A stretch of DNA of 64,000 nucleotides, from NCBI GenBank assembly GCA_030704615.1, contig CM060732.1:34472001-34536000 (forward strand), read 5' to 3'. Below the pieces are notes generated by a model that was given only the letters and a program-made list of their open reading frames with translations, ran no database searches and had not been told where the DNA came from. Position numbers and translations under genes: made by a program. Every line of letters begins with the position of its first letter. Position 1 is the stretch's first letter. The stretch comes from Takakia lepidozioides. Taxonomy: Eukaryota > Plantae > Bryophyta. Positions 52,230 through 64,000 of the stretch are shown in pieces.

Positions 52230-52340
52230 ATCCGTGGAAATAGGCCCTGTATGCATGCTGACGTGGCGTGAGCCTATGCTGGGCTCACGGTTTCCTGGGC
52301 TCACAGGCTCGCGCCTCCAGGCTCACGGAATAGCACCCCC
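52230..52340 (+). mobile_element. MULE-family terminus downstream of copy B
   Basis: CCGTGGAAATAGGCC...repeated GGCTCAC...GGCTCACGGAATAGCACCCCC. Confidence 0.75.
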
Positions 52341-52347
52341 CCCACAT

Positions 52348-53170
52348 TCAGATCCTTGAGAGTCAGTTCTACTGTCTTCTACCAGGACTTGGCCTGTTTG
52401 GTTGGACGGTCCTGTTTCCAAGATATAGAGTCGATTAACCTACGATATCTGGTGTGAAGACATGTGTTGCAATAGACTCCACCATCTCACATTCAATTAA
52501 TCTCCGCAAGAGCTTAAGGAAGGGATACCACACCCACCCCGAACAGCCACATTGGCTATTTTGGAGCATGCGGACATCCACTCCTTAAGCACCCCCACTT
52601 GGAAGGATTCTGCAGACCTAGCCTCGTTGGAGTTATCAACCCATATAGCAAATGCGTACTCCAAGGCAAGTCCAATGACGCGACAAAACAAGATTTTCTT
52701 GACCTCAAAGTTAATCCCTCTGTAGTGGAACAATTTAGTGAGACTCAACGCTTTGCCCTTCCTGTTTGAACAACTTTATGGATATGTGCATCCCAGTTTC
52801 AGTTTGAGGAAATTCAACCCAGAAAACATGAACACGAGTAGGGGTAGAACTCACCCCATGCGCAGCGGGTTTGTGCCGTTTGCGCATCTTCTAGAGAGAC
52901 TTTGCAGATGGAGGTGCAGTTTCTGCCGAACTGTCCTCAACGTCGTCGTCATCGCCCATGCTGTACTCGCTTGTGTCAGAATCCGAGCTCGAAGACCGCC
53001 CACCGTGCCGCCTTCCCTCTCGCACCGAGGCCATCTTCAGTGGATTCAGTCGAGCCAGGCGGGGGTTCCTTTGTACCGCGGGGCTGGAATGTGCAGAAGT
53101 GGGAGGAGGTGATGGTGCCTCGGCGGTCGAGCGCTTCTTACTAGGCGTGGACATAGACCATGAAAGACAA
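52348..53170 (-). pseudogene. Decayed ORF, possibly LINE ORF1-like
   Basis: S/P/D-rich N-terminus MSTPSKKRS..., then broken frames (VLKEWMSACSKIANV..., SWKQDRP...VELTLKDLNV). The family assignment is a weak impression only. Confidence 0.3.
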
Positions 53171-54589
53171 AGACGAGCGAGGAAGACCAAGACATACAAA
53201 GGAGGAAAGAAGGACAAGGAGGGGGGAGTGTGATCATACACCCTCCCAAACTTGGGTGAAGATCCGGCCGTTGTTGATTTCAAATAGGAACACGTGTCGT
53301 GCATCTGACACTATGGCATTTTCAACTTTGAGACGTTTTAAAATAACCACTTACAATCCTCCAGACAACTAGATGTAGTGATTCACACAACTGACATGGA
53401 TCCGTTAACTTTATTTCGTTCAAAATTGGGTGAAGGAAACACACTGCAACGATGCCGTGTATGGCTCCGCTTTACATGCATTCTTGGAGAAAATGCGCAT
53501 GATCAGAGAGAAGTGAACACAGTGTTGTGCCAAATAATTCAGCAAAAATAAACTCAACGGTAGTGGTTATCCCATTGCAGAGAAGGGTCCATTCGACACC
53601 CATCGCACCATGTTAGGTTGAGGTCCTCACACACACACCTGCACACCGAGAATTTGCGAACCCACATCAGCTGGGAGAACATGGAAATTACCCCGTGGAT
53701 CACATGCAAGCATGAATGGGAAATGGAAGGAGAATTGCATGGGAGATTTGGGTGTACCTGCGCGACGTGCAACTCTGTCTACATACTCCATAAGTCACTG
53801 TCCCAAGACCCAAGTGGACAAGGGAGGCCAGTGAGTCTGTACTACAAATGGTAGTCATACAACAGAGGGTACTGCCACCCAACTCGCAAAAGCCGCCGGC
53901 TGCAGGATGCTAGGCATGCGAACTCTGGCACACACTACAACAGATTGCGGCTTTTATGACTCCTATGGGTGCGTAGTCATGACATATTTGTGGCAGAAAT
54001 GCCGTTTGCAGTCGTAAAATGCTTTTGAAGTCATAATGCAGGTCTGGGGAAGGCGTATATGCGACTACATGGCTCCAGACTCTGCGCAACACAGGTCAAA
54101 CATGTTTGACCACGAATATTGGCATGGCAGATATGACTACCAGTCACGGTCATGGCTACACTGGAATGACGTGTGCATATTGCTAGACAGACATATGACT
54201 TCATGACTCTCACTCTAATGCATTCTACCAGATCATCATATGGATGAATCGCTACATGACTACATGTGTCGACACATTCTTTTCTGGTTATATATATAAT
54301 ATATGAGTATTTATATTTTGAAAAAACGGAGACTCTGACCACTAGAATGAATTTTAAAAAATAAAAATAAAATCAAGTGCAAAAAGATTAAAAAAAAAAC
54401 ACATCGGCTGGTAAGTGCACAGTGTGTCGCCTTGGTGGTTTGGGGTTCAAACCCGTTGCCCATATCCGTGTGTGGGATTGTTCGTGACGGTATGTCTGGG
54501 CATTGATCGTCATGTAGGTCTTATGGCCCATAAATGAAGGCGGGTGAATTTTTCCCCCTCCTCAAGGGCCTGTGGTTTCCTTTAGGAAA

Positions 54590-54642
<53 letters not shown>

Positions 54643-55645
54643 TTTTAGGGTTTACAAAAAGGTTAAAAAACTTAAAAAGTTGCCCATCACGTAGCAGTGA
54701 ACAGACTTAGAGCGAGCGGGAGGGAGAGAGAGAGAGGGCTGGGACTTAGAACGAGCGAGCGGGAAGGGCAAACATGCATGGGAGGCCCGCAGTTGGAGCA
54801 ACCTTCGCATCTGAAGCAAACGTCCTAGAAATGCTAGGGTATGTGTCCGAGGAGGTTTCGACTGGGAACTCGCAGTTCTTGGGAGATTCAGCTTGGTCTT
54901 AGCAGGCCGTGTTTCAATCTCTACCCGCTCAGCTGCACCGTGGTGGTTCTGACAGACCAATCCGACATTACCTGACTACAGACACAAAGCAGCACACACA
55001 AGAGGTCCTCTTGGGTTCATGGTCAGTCAAATCCTCCATGGGTCATGACACAAGGTTAGGGTTTAGGGTCAAGAGAGGCTACCTTCGCTCCATTGTTGTA
55101 GTGGAGGTTGCTCCTCACAGCCACGTTGAAAAATTTGAGTACAGACATTTGTTGATGTGTAATTCCTCTGGCAAACTGCTTGCAAGGTTTGTGACCAAAA
55201 GATGAAAATGTGGTATGCTTGGTTGGTGCAGTGCAACATCAAGTGGTTTCGAGAGTATGATAATATGACGGATCTTGGCGGGGATCGGTATTGGAATTTC
55301 ATCTGGCGTAGTGCCCCTGTACATATCAGAGGTAAGGCTTTGTTCTCGTCTCCTTCCCAACTTTCACTAGTGTCTACGAGAGCAGTGTTAGAAAATGGTT
55401 TTGTTGCATGGTTTAACCTCTATCATAGAGCCAAACGCAGTCAGTAACTTTATGCTTGAGATCAATGCTACTCAGTAATCCCTGAGCTTTTTAAGTAGTT
55501 AACCACATCATAGTAAACTATGAAGAGAACCATGTGACACCCTATGGTACCTTGCAAAGTTGCTTGGGATATTTGTTGTTGCACCTCATATCCATGACAT
55601 TGGAGCACAAGGCTGAGAAAGGGAGCACTGGGGTGGCAATGGCAG

Positions 55646-56320
55646 GTGTCTCCTACAGAGATCCGTGGTACACTGGGAACAGCGAACTAACTTTCCATCT
55701 GTGTGGGCATTCTGATGGCTCTTATTGTGGGGCTTCCCCTGAGTGGCAACCCTGCCTGGTACTGACTGGACACTGATGTGTTTGTGGACAGATGAAATAT
55801 TCAAAGAACATGTGTAGCATGATTTGTTTATGTATTCTAGTCTTTCTTGTCTTGAAGGTGAAGGGTTGCTTTAGGCCTTCCAGTCATATAGAGGCAGTTG
55901 ACATTTGGTCCAATTAGTTGGAAGGCATAGTATCTGTAATGGGCATTTGTGGTGGTAAGTGAGTCACAATAGGTAATGTTGGTACATTGTTTGCAATTGA
56001 TGGTTTTAATTGGATGCCAATGTGGGATTGATGTTCTTTCTTTGGGTGATAAAACAGGTGGCGTAGCATGTTGGCTGCTGGGGCATGGCAGAAAGCCCAC
56101 GGCTATGCAAGGTTAACTTTCACAACCATTGTTTTGTATCTTGTTTTTTGCAACAGGGTGACTATGCAGACAAACAATTGAATGAGACATGTAATGTGGC
56201 TAGCACAACAAATGATTCAACGGAATGACGTTGGAGTGTGCAGCAAGGGAGGATAGCAGAGGCAGAGACAACGGCAAGACAACTGTGGGGCAAGGCAAAG
56301 TTTGAGGTGGCCTTGGCAGA
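55646..56320 (+). pseudogene. Three-exon fragment of a plastidic glucose transporter (pGlcT-like MFS sugar porter)
   Basis: 55646-55758 VSPTEIRGTLGTAN*LSICVGILMALIVGLPLSGNPAW; 56058-56111 WRSM...LGMAESPR; 56244-56320 QGRIAEAETTARQLWGK. Introns are retained; a stop and deletions are present. Confidence 0.8.
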
Positions 56321-56574
56321 CAGCACTACCCCAGCCAGTACAGACCCAGCCAGTCTTATTCACCCAACTATCGACTCTCTGAAGAAGAGTTCTACAACCA
56401 GCCTATCACAAATCCAAACTACCTGAAGCATATCGGATTATATTAGATCAGATTTCCCGGCAGTAAGCAGTCCTTCCATATTGATCGTCACCCATTGATT
56501 TGCAGCAAACTTATGTTGTGTAACTTCCAGAGATCCCTGGTGACATCATCAAATCTGCAATTGTACCAGATGTC

Positions 56575-56720
56575 ATCCTGAACATTGCTCTGGTGGCCAT
56601 GTATGCTAAATGTGGGAGCATCTAGGATGCCAAGGGAGTTCAACACTATGGCTGAACCAGATGTGGTGTCGTGGAATGCGATGCTTGCAGGGTGTGCAGA
56701 GCAGGAGCGCGGGATGGGGC
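56575..56720 (+). pseudogene. PLS-class PPR gene fragment
   Basis: NIALVAMYAKCGSI*DAKGV-(frameshift)-NTMAEPDVVSWNAMLAGCAE. Confidence 0.85.
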
Positions 56721-59700
56721 TTTGGACACCTGAAAGCAAATGATGGGGAAAGGGGTGAAGGTACCTTCTTCAACATATTTCACCCTGTTTTCCCTGCTAG
56801 TGTGTGCTTGACAATTCTAGGCTGTCATTGTTAGCTGCTAGCAGCAAGGCGAGGATGTATGCATGATTTGTGTAGAGGCATCGATAGCTGAAGGAGCAGG
56901 GATTTCGTGTGGGTCCAGATTCATCCAAGAGGGCCAGATTTCAAGCACAAGATTACCTGTGATTCCCTGTGAATCAATAGCTACAAGAAACCTGCATGGG
57001 TAGATGGTCAACTGGCAACAGCGGCAGTGATAAAATCAGGCACTGCTAATGAAGGCATCTTCTTCAACACTTTTCACCCTGTTTTTCCCTCTTATCAGAA
57101 TCGGCCCTAAATTTTCATGTTCAATTCTGCAAGTTAGCTGGTTGAGTGAATCTAGTTTGGAGTGACTTTGACATGATACTGCCAATGTGACAACAAGAAA
57201 GTGTCAAAAAACAGGTAATAGATGAGGAGAAGTTGTGGAATGAATACTTATCTGAGCCCAGTCACTGATGGGTCAACCGGGGCAGAAAGGCTTGCTACAT
57301 TTCAGAGAGCAGTAGACACAATTCAGATAGGAACCAGTGTGCTACGCTGAGTTGGGTGTTTCCTAGAACAAATATAGGCTGTCATTGTCAACTGCTAGCA
57401 GCAAGGCAAGGATGAATGCTTGATTTGTGCAGGCATGGATAGCTTAAGGAGTAGAGATAGAATGTGGGTGACGTAGGGTGTTGGGCAATGGGCAAGACGT
57501 CTTTGTATAAACGTGAGTGACCTTCCTATCCTCTTGGCTCTCATTTTTCGTGCATGTTTCTTTGTGAAGTATCTGACGACTTCACCAACACACACCAACC
57601 TTTTTGCTTTGGTTTGTTTACGAGTCCATGGGATAGAAGTTACCATAAACAACACTGGCATTGGTTTTTTCATATATGGTATTAGATAATTCTCATTGTT
57701 TTCGCCTTGGTAGGTTGCTCAGTGACCTTCCCTGGACGCTTTGGAGTATAGCGAGTGAGTCTCACAATGCATGTTGGTTGGCGCATCTTATGCAAGAACT
57801 TGGAAAAGAAACAGATGTCCTTGTTGTAATAATTCTTAAAGACATGCAAACCTTAGTTTTTGATGGGTTGCAGATTGATGGAATACATAAGTAGTTAGAA
57901 GATTATGGGTTGAACACTTTTCAAAGTGTTATAGTTAGACAATTAATTCCCATGAGAACATGTGACAATTCTATGTATTTTTAGATCAGGACAAAAATGA
58001 TAATGATAAATATTGGTAAATAGAGATGGTGTACAATCTCTTGGTTTTGCTCAGCTTGTTGCAGTTATGTCTTGCTGCTTTGTTCTCTTTGTATTATATA
58101 TTATATTTCATTGTTGTAATAGACAGTATATGAAACTATCATAGTCATAATAATGACTACTATCATAGTCATAATAATGACTACATCTATTTTCACTCTC
58201 CAATAGTACGACACCACGTGGCAGAATTACAAATATGTAAAAAAATAGCAATACACCCAAAAAAACACCCATCATGACACATGTCAATCTGCTGAGGGAC
58301 CACGTGTAAAAACTGCAACGCGCCACGTGTTGCAACCGGATTAGCACACCTGTAGTCACAGTTCACAGTCATGGAGAACGAACACTTTGCCATGTGTCAT
58401 TTCCTGTATTGAGCACCTGTCACTCTTGCACAGCCGCTGACATGGACTAACTGTCCGTTCAGTCATTCAGTAAAGCCAACGTGTATGACTATCCCCACAG
58501 CTGCTCAGGTGCCACGTCACAGCCAGCCTGGAGAGTCATATCTGCCATGTCACAACTGACTAGGGTTTTACGTCTTCAGAGTCAGGAAGTCGTAAATGGC
58601 TTCCATGACTGCATTTGCAGTCGTAACACAGAGACGTAAAAGCCGCAATCTGTTGTAGTGACAGCACGCCTCCTCTGCATCCCACCCCGTCCCAACCAGT
58701 GCAAAACAACCGTGCATGCATTGATAGCCCTCTGGCTTTCTCTCCAAGCATTTGGGGGTCTGCGATCTGCTACACGTAAGTGTCTTTAAAGGCGACGATC
58801 AAAGGGTCACTTGCAGTTGTCGTCTCAAGGGCAACATTGCAAGAATCACAATTAAGTAAGAAAGATGGTGGAAGAAGCTGCAAACTGCAAATGAGTGAAG
58901 TGGCAGGGCAATGCTCCATTCTTAACATGCTCCCCTTCCCGCCATGGTGATAGAGCCACACAAATGGACTCCCTTCCCGCCACGGTGCAATTTCAAGGCA
59001 ATGGAACGGGATTGTTTGCCGAAACGTGATTTGGAGAGCGCGGCCGAATCCGTGATGGAATTCGACCTTCCAATACATGATTCCTCAATCCATCTCGCTC
59101 TTCCGCTGAGGGTGGCGTGGGGCGAAGTACCCCTTGCTACAAACTTTTGATCGTAATGCAATTTTGAGAGACGAATCGATGTAGCCAAAAATTGTGCAGA
59201 CGATGACCGTTGATGAGTGGAGTTCACTACGCATGGCCTTAGACAAGTGGCGCAGGTTCTGGCCTTGTAGTCGGGTCTGTTCACACTTCAATGCACACAT
59301 TTCATACACATTTGACCATATGCCCAAGATCACGACGTCCTGAATCGTGAAAATTGAAATTCCACGTACGTCCTCCAATTCCTCACACACACACGAACTA
59401 TAGAGGCAGGTGGTTTTCCAGGATGTCGTTGTTTGAACCGATTTTGGTCATTTCTTTCAGTGTCTTATTGAAAAGATTCCAGTTATGATGGGAAGCATCT
59501 TGATGGCTTTTAAATGGTTTGTTGTTGAGTGTAACTTTCTATCATGTTTTGGAATCTACCAGTTGGTATAAAATGTCAACTGTCTTATCTGCCAAAGGAT
59601 GTGTGGCTGAACCTTTCAAATTGAGATTGCGGAAGGAGGGAATTGACGGTAGTGAAATGGGAGTGGTAGAGCCAAAATGAGGAGTCTCTACAGAGGAGAA

Positions 59701-59755
59701 TCCGGCCCCCTACAATGGCGTGCACAAACTGCATTGAAGAGCCTCCCCAACAAAA

Positions 59756-60444
59756 ATGACTTCCCCTCGCCCATGCGGAGGAGGACTTCCAATTAATCAC
59801 CCCTGTAGACAGAACCCCCAGGATGACAAGTTGTGGAAAGGAGAAGTGGCACGTGCCCGAGCCCTTGGGCTTTCAAGGATGCCATGCCCATGTGAACGTT
59901 GTTTGGGCACTACAAGTAGATCTGAGGGCGGTGTGCGCACACATCTCCTTCACCACAAAAGACATGAAGCATTTCGGGTGTGGATTGGAGATGGACCTGT
60001 AGACTCCGACGACGAGGAGTGGGCACAATTGGACAATGCACACCCCCGGGGGAGCCATATAACAGGCCAGACGAGGACTATGTCATGGGCGTAGGACATG
60101 AACCAAGCATGGACGGAGGGGTGGAGATTACTCGAATGTTGTAGGAAGCATTCCACATCATGGACGATGCTGAAGAGGGGGACGGCGCTGCGACAACTGG
60201 GAATGGTGATGACGTAGGAAATGAAGGCATTCACGTGGGGGAAGGCGTGGAAGGAGGTGGAGATGGAGATGAGAATTTGGCGCACATGACACTAGAAGAA
60301 GCATGTGTGCCACTGTATGAGGGATGCAAATCCACAAAGCTTGCTGTCACCATGCTGTTGATGAACCTGTGCACAACCCACGGTGTCTCAGACCATTTTG
60401 TGGACGAGTTGTTCTCTTTGCTTCGGCTGAACTTGCTTCCATGA
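59756..60444 (+). pseudogene. CACTA/En-Spm transposase N-terminal fragment
   Basis: MPCPCERC...VRTHLL...FRVW (transposase-associated domain) and LEEACVPLYEGCKSTKLAVTMLLMNLCTTHGVSDHFVDELFSLL...LLP; truncated. Confidence 0.8.
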
Positions 60445-60540
60445 ACCATCTTCTATCCTCCCTATTGGCCACTCCCACTTACTCCATTTTACTTTACCAT
60501 CTTCAAAAAAATCTCATCTCGATGTTTGGCATGTCCCAAT

Positions 60541-61891
60541 AAGCCCCCCAAGTTTCCGTGGGCCCTGTCCATTGGAGGGTGGTCCATGAATTAAAAAGCG
60601 GGGTAATAGTAAGCTACACCATGAATTGAATTAATAGCCGTCATGTAAAGGTTTGTTTTTTTTTCAAAACAAGAAGCCGACAATTAAATGGGGGATGGTT
60701 CAGGTGCCAGATTAGGGTAAGCAGGTGTCTCGTGGTGGTTTCTAGGGGCGACATGTGTCCCAGCGCAACCTTCTAGAAGGGTCCCCACCGCCCTAGAGGG
60801 TATATAAAGGAGCGGCGGGCTCTCTGCATGCACACGCAGGACCCCAAAAGAAACGCATGAACCATAGATGTATTAATTAATCGGGACAGTGAGCTGAATA
60901 AGCCCCGCTCAATTGCCTTTTTCTTGGCAAAGTCCCCCTCCGCTCTTCACTCCCTCATTTTTAAAAATTCTTGGACCATCTTTAAAAGGACAGGGCCACA
61001 CAAATTTGGGTAAAAAAAGAGTTGTATTACTGTTAATTTAGTCTTTGCACAGTTTACCAAGATTTTTGCGGTAATTTTGATGACCCTACAATAATGGTTT
61101 GTTTTTTGTTTTTTTTTGTTTTTCCGTCAAGACAAATAAAAAAGAATGGGGGAAAAACAAAAAACACATGGTCAAGCCCCTTAATTCTAGTGAGAGGAAA
61201 AAATAACCTCTTTCAAAGTAACATTTTCGAGCCGGAGGAGAAATACTGGGACCATGGGTGTAGACCTTTGCGAGCAAAAGACTGGACGTACGTTGCTGAC
61301 AAATTGAATGCAGGGTTTCCCAATGCGCCCCATTGTTCTTGGAAGCAATGTCGCGACAAGGTCGACAAGCTTAAGGATGTGTATCGAGAAGAAAAGGGAA
61401 AATGTGATGCAACAGGTGCTCCTCCTTCTGAGGGGCCATGGTACGAAAAAATTGATGACATTCTCGGTGGCACAGCAAAGGTCAATGGGATCCCTGGAGG
61501 TATTGACTAGGGAGTGCGCAATAATCCTCCCCAGACCACTGATGATGATGATACACAGTTTGATACATAATCCAGCCCACTACGACAGGTCCGGCTCATG
61601 GGACCCGAAAGGGAAGAGAGACAAGATTATAGATTATACCATACCCAACAAGGTGGCAAGATTTGAGCCTAGAATCACATGGGTTGCACTCAGTGCACCA
61701 TCCACCAGAGCTAAATATTGCTAGTGTGAGGCGTAATGTCAATAAGTCTTGAGACCCACATCTTCAAATAATAAACTTTTAGAATTTGACAAGTTTTGTT
61801 TTTGGTCGAGGCGATAATGGCTTTGGCCGGTGTTTTGTTTTGTTGTTGTTGTTTTTTGTTTTGATTTTTTCCACGGCAACGGATGGGGCCT
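60541..61891. mobile_element. Possible non-autonomous PIF/Harbinger-like element
   Basis: Imperfect inverted ends (AAGCCCCCCAAGTTTCCGTGG / CCACGGCAACGGATGGGGCCT, 15 of 21 matching) enclose a Myb/SANT-like ORF. No clean TSD. Confidence 0.4.
61230..61510 (+). pseudogene. Myb/SANT-like (trihelix) DNA-binding domain fragment
   Basis: LRAKDWTYVADKLN...WKQCRDKVDKLKDVYREEK...PWYEKIDDILG, ending at a TAG that is probably premature. Confidence 0.75.
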
Positions 61892-64000
61892 ATATATTGT
61901 TATATGTATTTTTTATATAATAAGTTTGAAATTTTTGGCTACTAATTGTATATAGTTTGGTTCTCAACACTTAACCCTTAAAGAACGATACCTCTTTCCC
62001 CCAAAAGTGTACATACGTGCCTCTCTTGAGCTCTATCTTCCTATCCTGAATCATCCAAAATTTTGAACCTTAAAAATACATTCCTGACTACCACATTCAT
62101 CTACTCCCAGAAAATCAGGAAGATCCACAGTTAGAATGGGTGGATTATAACAAAGTACTATTGTGAATTTTTTAAGCCCACTCAAAAATTGCATGGCAAA
62201 AATGGTTTGACCATTAAATTCAAGTGTCCAGTTGGAATTTCTGAGGCAGATACCCTCCATAATCTGATTTAGTATATGGCACCCAAAGTCCCCCAAAAAT
62301 CAGACCAAAATTCCAAAAATACAAATAGGCTGCTTTGTATGTGAAATCTGGGGGGTAAATTATCATGGTTTGGCTTCTTACCCAAGTCCAGCCATGACGT
62401 GATATTACTTTTCTAATTCCTCTAGTAAGTGCACACTAACATTACATAGTGCCTTGTAAAAAGAAATTGGCATTTTGATATGAGCCCTAGATGTCAAGAT
62501 TCCTCATTTGGCCTGCCACGTAGGCAAGCCAACGTTGGATTTCCAAACCCCTGGCACTTTGCAGCGTTTTTTATGCTGACGAATTTTCACCAAATTTCAA
62601 CCTCAGAAAATAAAACGGAATATTCTATCAAAAATTTCCTGTTTTTTCATGGATGAAATCGTCAAATTTCTCCAAATGAGAAATAAATTATGGATAAATT
62701 TGCCAAATATGGATGATATAAATGGATTTAAAGTATGGAAGTGGATGATTCTGTCCTAATTTCGATGGATGAACAGAATGTAAGGCTCTTTTGTGCCAAA
62801 CTTTGTAGCGCTATTTTCCAAATTCCAGAAAAAGACACACTGGCACTTTGAACAATTCTAGGGAGCAGAGCTTTTAACATTCCAGGGTGCTTTATCCACG
62901 TGTGCTTCTCCCTAACCCCCCCACTTTACCTTCGGAACCCACTTCCATCCACTCACATCCACAAAAGGTGGATCGTGGCAAACGACTAACGCGACCCAGG
63001 GTTGCGTCGTCATTTAGGGGTCAATAATTAGTGTCATTCTTCATTCCTCTAGATCATGGTTGTCTTGCATTTTTAATCATGCGATTGGTCGTTTTGGCTA
63101 GGCTAAGGTCTCTTGGGTCCAAATCGAAGACTCCGTTCTTGCCCCTAAACTATGGATGGGGTCCCAATCTATTTCAAGCCCCGGTAACTTGTGATCCTAT
63201 CCATCCACCTACAATAAATATCCAAATTGTAGTCACCAACAAAGGATATCCAATGGCCTCTGCCCGAGGCTTGGTGCATAACAAGCTATAGAAATAATAG
63301 AATGACTCAACTCACATAGCACACACAATTCCATTTTTGGCTATCATCTACTAAAGCTAGGTTCCCATATATAGCTTCTATATGAGACCTACAAACATTC
63401 ATCGCAAGAGAACCCATGAACAGATACAAACCTCACGCACTTACACAAACTCATACAATCTAAATGGGTTGCTTCCCCACACCTCCTACGTAACCTATCC
63501 AACCACTTTTGGACATCTAACCCCACAACCAATGCACAAATCAAAGACAATACATGGGCAACCAAAAATGCAACTTATTTTGACCAACACTATACCCTAA
63601 CAAACAGTGATGATGTGTGGCGTCCAACCTCCCTAAGTAGACACATGGCCGCATCTCCTCCCGCAATGCAAACACCCCACAAATACATGGTCTCCAAATA
63701 ACTTGGTAACTCCAAAAACTCCTCCTATCACAATCTACTAGCGTAAATAAGAGTCTCTGCCCTAAGTGGGTAGTGCCTCTTTTCCAGGGTGGGCTGGGAT
63801 CTATGAAGAAAAGACCGACCGACCTATAACGTGACCAACTGGCCATTCTCAATCTTGCATTTGTGAATAATGAGAGCACTAAGTGATCGGATAATTGTGG
63901 AGTGTAGGGTGTGGAGGAGTTTAGTAGTGGCAGTGTGGGACATTAATATTGTGGCCATGGGTGCCACCTTTGACACTTGCAGTGATAATAGTTGATGGGG

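Larger units (their letters stand above)
19555..52340. mobile_element. Nested Mutator-like (MULE) transposon complex; outer limits tentative
   Basis: Contains the SWIM transposase, the Ulp1 gene, two ParB-MTase genes and four termini sharing GCTA-N4-GTGAGCC. CCCACAT lies at 19548-19554 and again at 52341-52347, a possible partial TSD. Confidence 0.55.

Noticed and set aside
55054-55068. Telomere-like TTAGGGTTTAGGG
   Set aside because: Only about two units; telo-box-like motifs are scattered through the window.
61971-63030. piggyBac-like element starting TTAA|CCCT
   Set aside because: No convincing matching AGGG|TTAA end or transposase was found.

Overview
Eukaryotic land-plant genomic DNA with GT-AG introns; a non-seed plant is my inference. 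The left ~19 kb holds ordinary host genes: a B3-domain gene running off the edge, an aldo-keto reductase with a hAT-type MITE in its 3' UTR, exonuclease V, and a tandem pair of LURP-one-like genes (one broken). About 19.5-52.3 kb is a nested Mutator-like (MULE) transposon complex. It contains a SWIM-type transposase of the At4g13970/At1g60560 family, a Ulp1-type protease gene with coding tandem repeats, and two diverged, intron-containing, now-disabled copies of a gene fusing a ParB/Sulfiredoxin-like domain (WDGNHR) to a beta-class N4/N6 amino-methyltransferase-like domain. Arrays of DNA palindromes accompany these genes. One ~22.6 kb inversion (about 20600-43260) explains the scrambled layout: undoing it restores a direct 9-bp TSD, an in-frame transposase splice and a contiguous Ulp1 gene. 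A young intact chromoviral Ty3/gypsy element sits inside the complex. The right ~12 kb holds decayed LINE-like, CACTA and Harbinger-like remnants plus captured host gene fragments (glucose transporter, PPR). All family assignments come from recognising motifs by eye, not from database searches.
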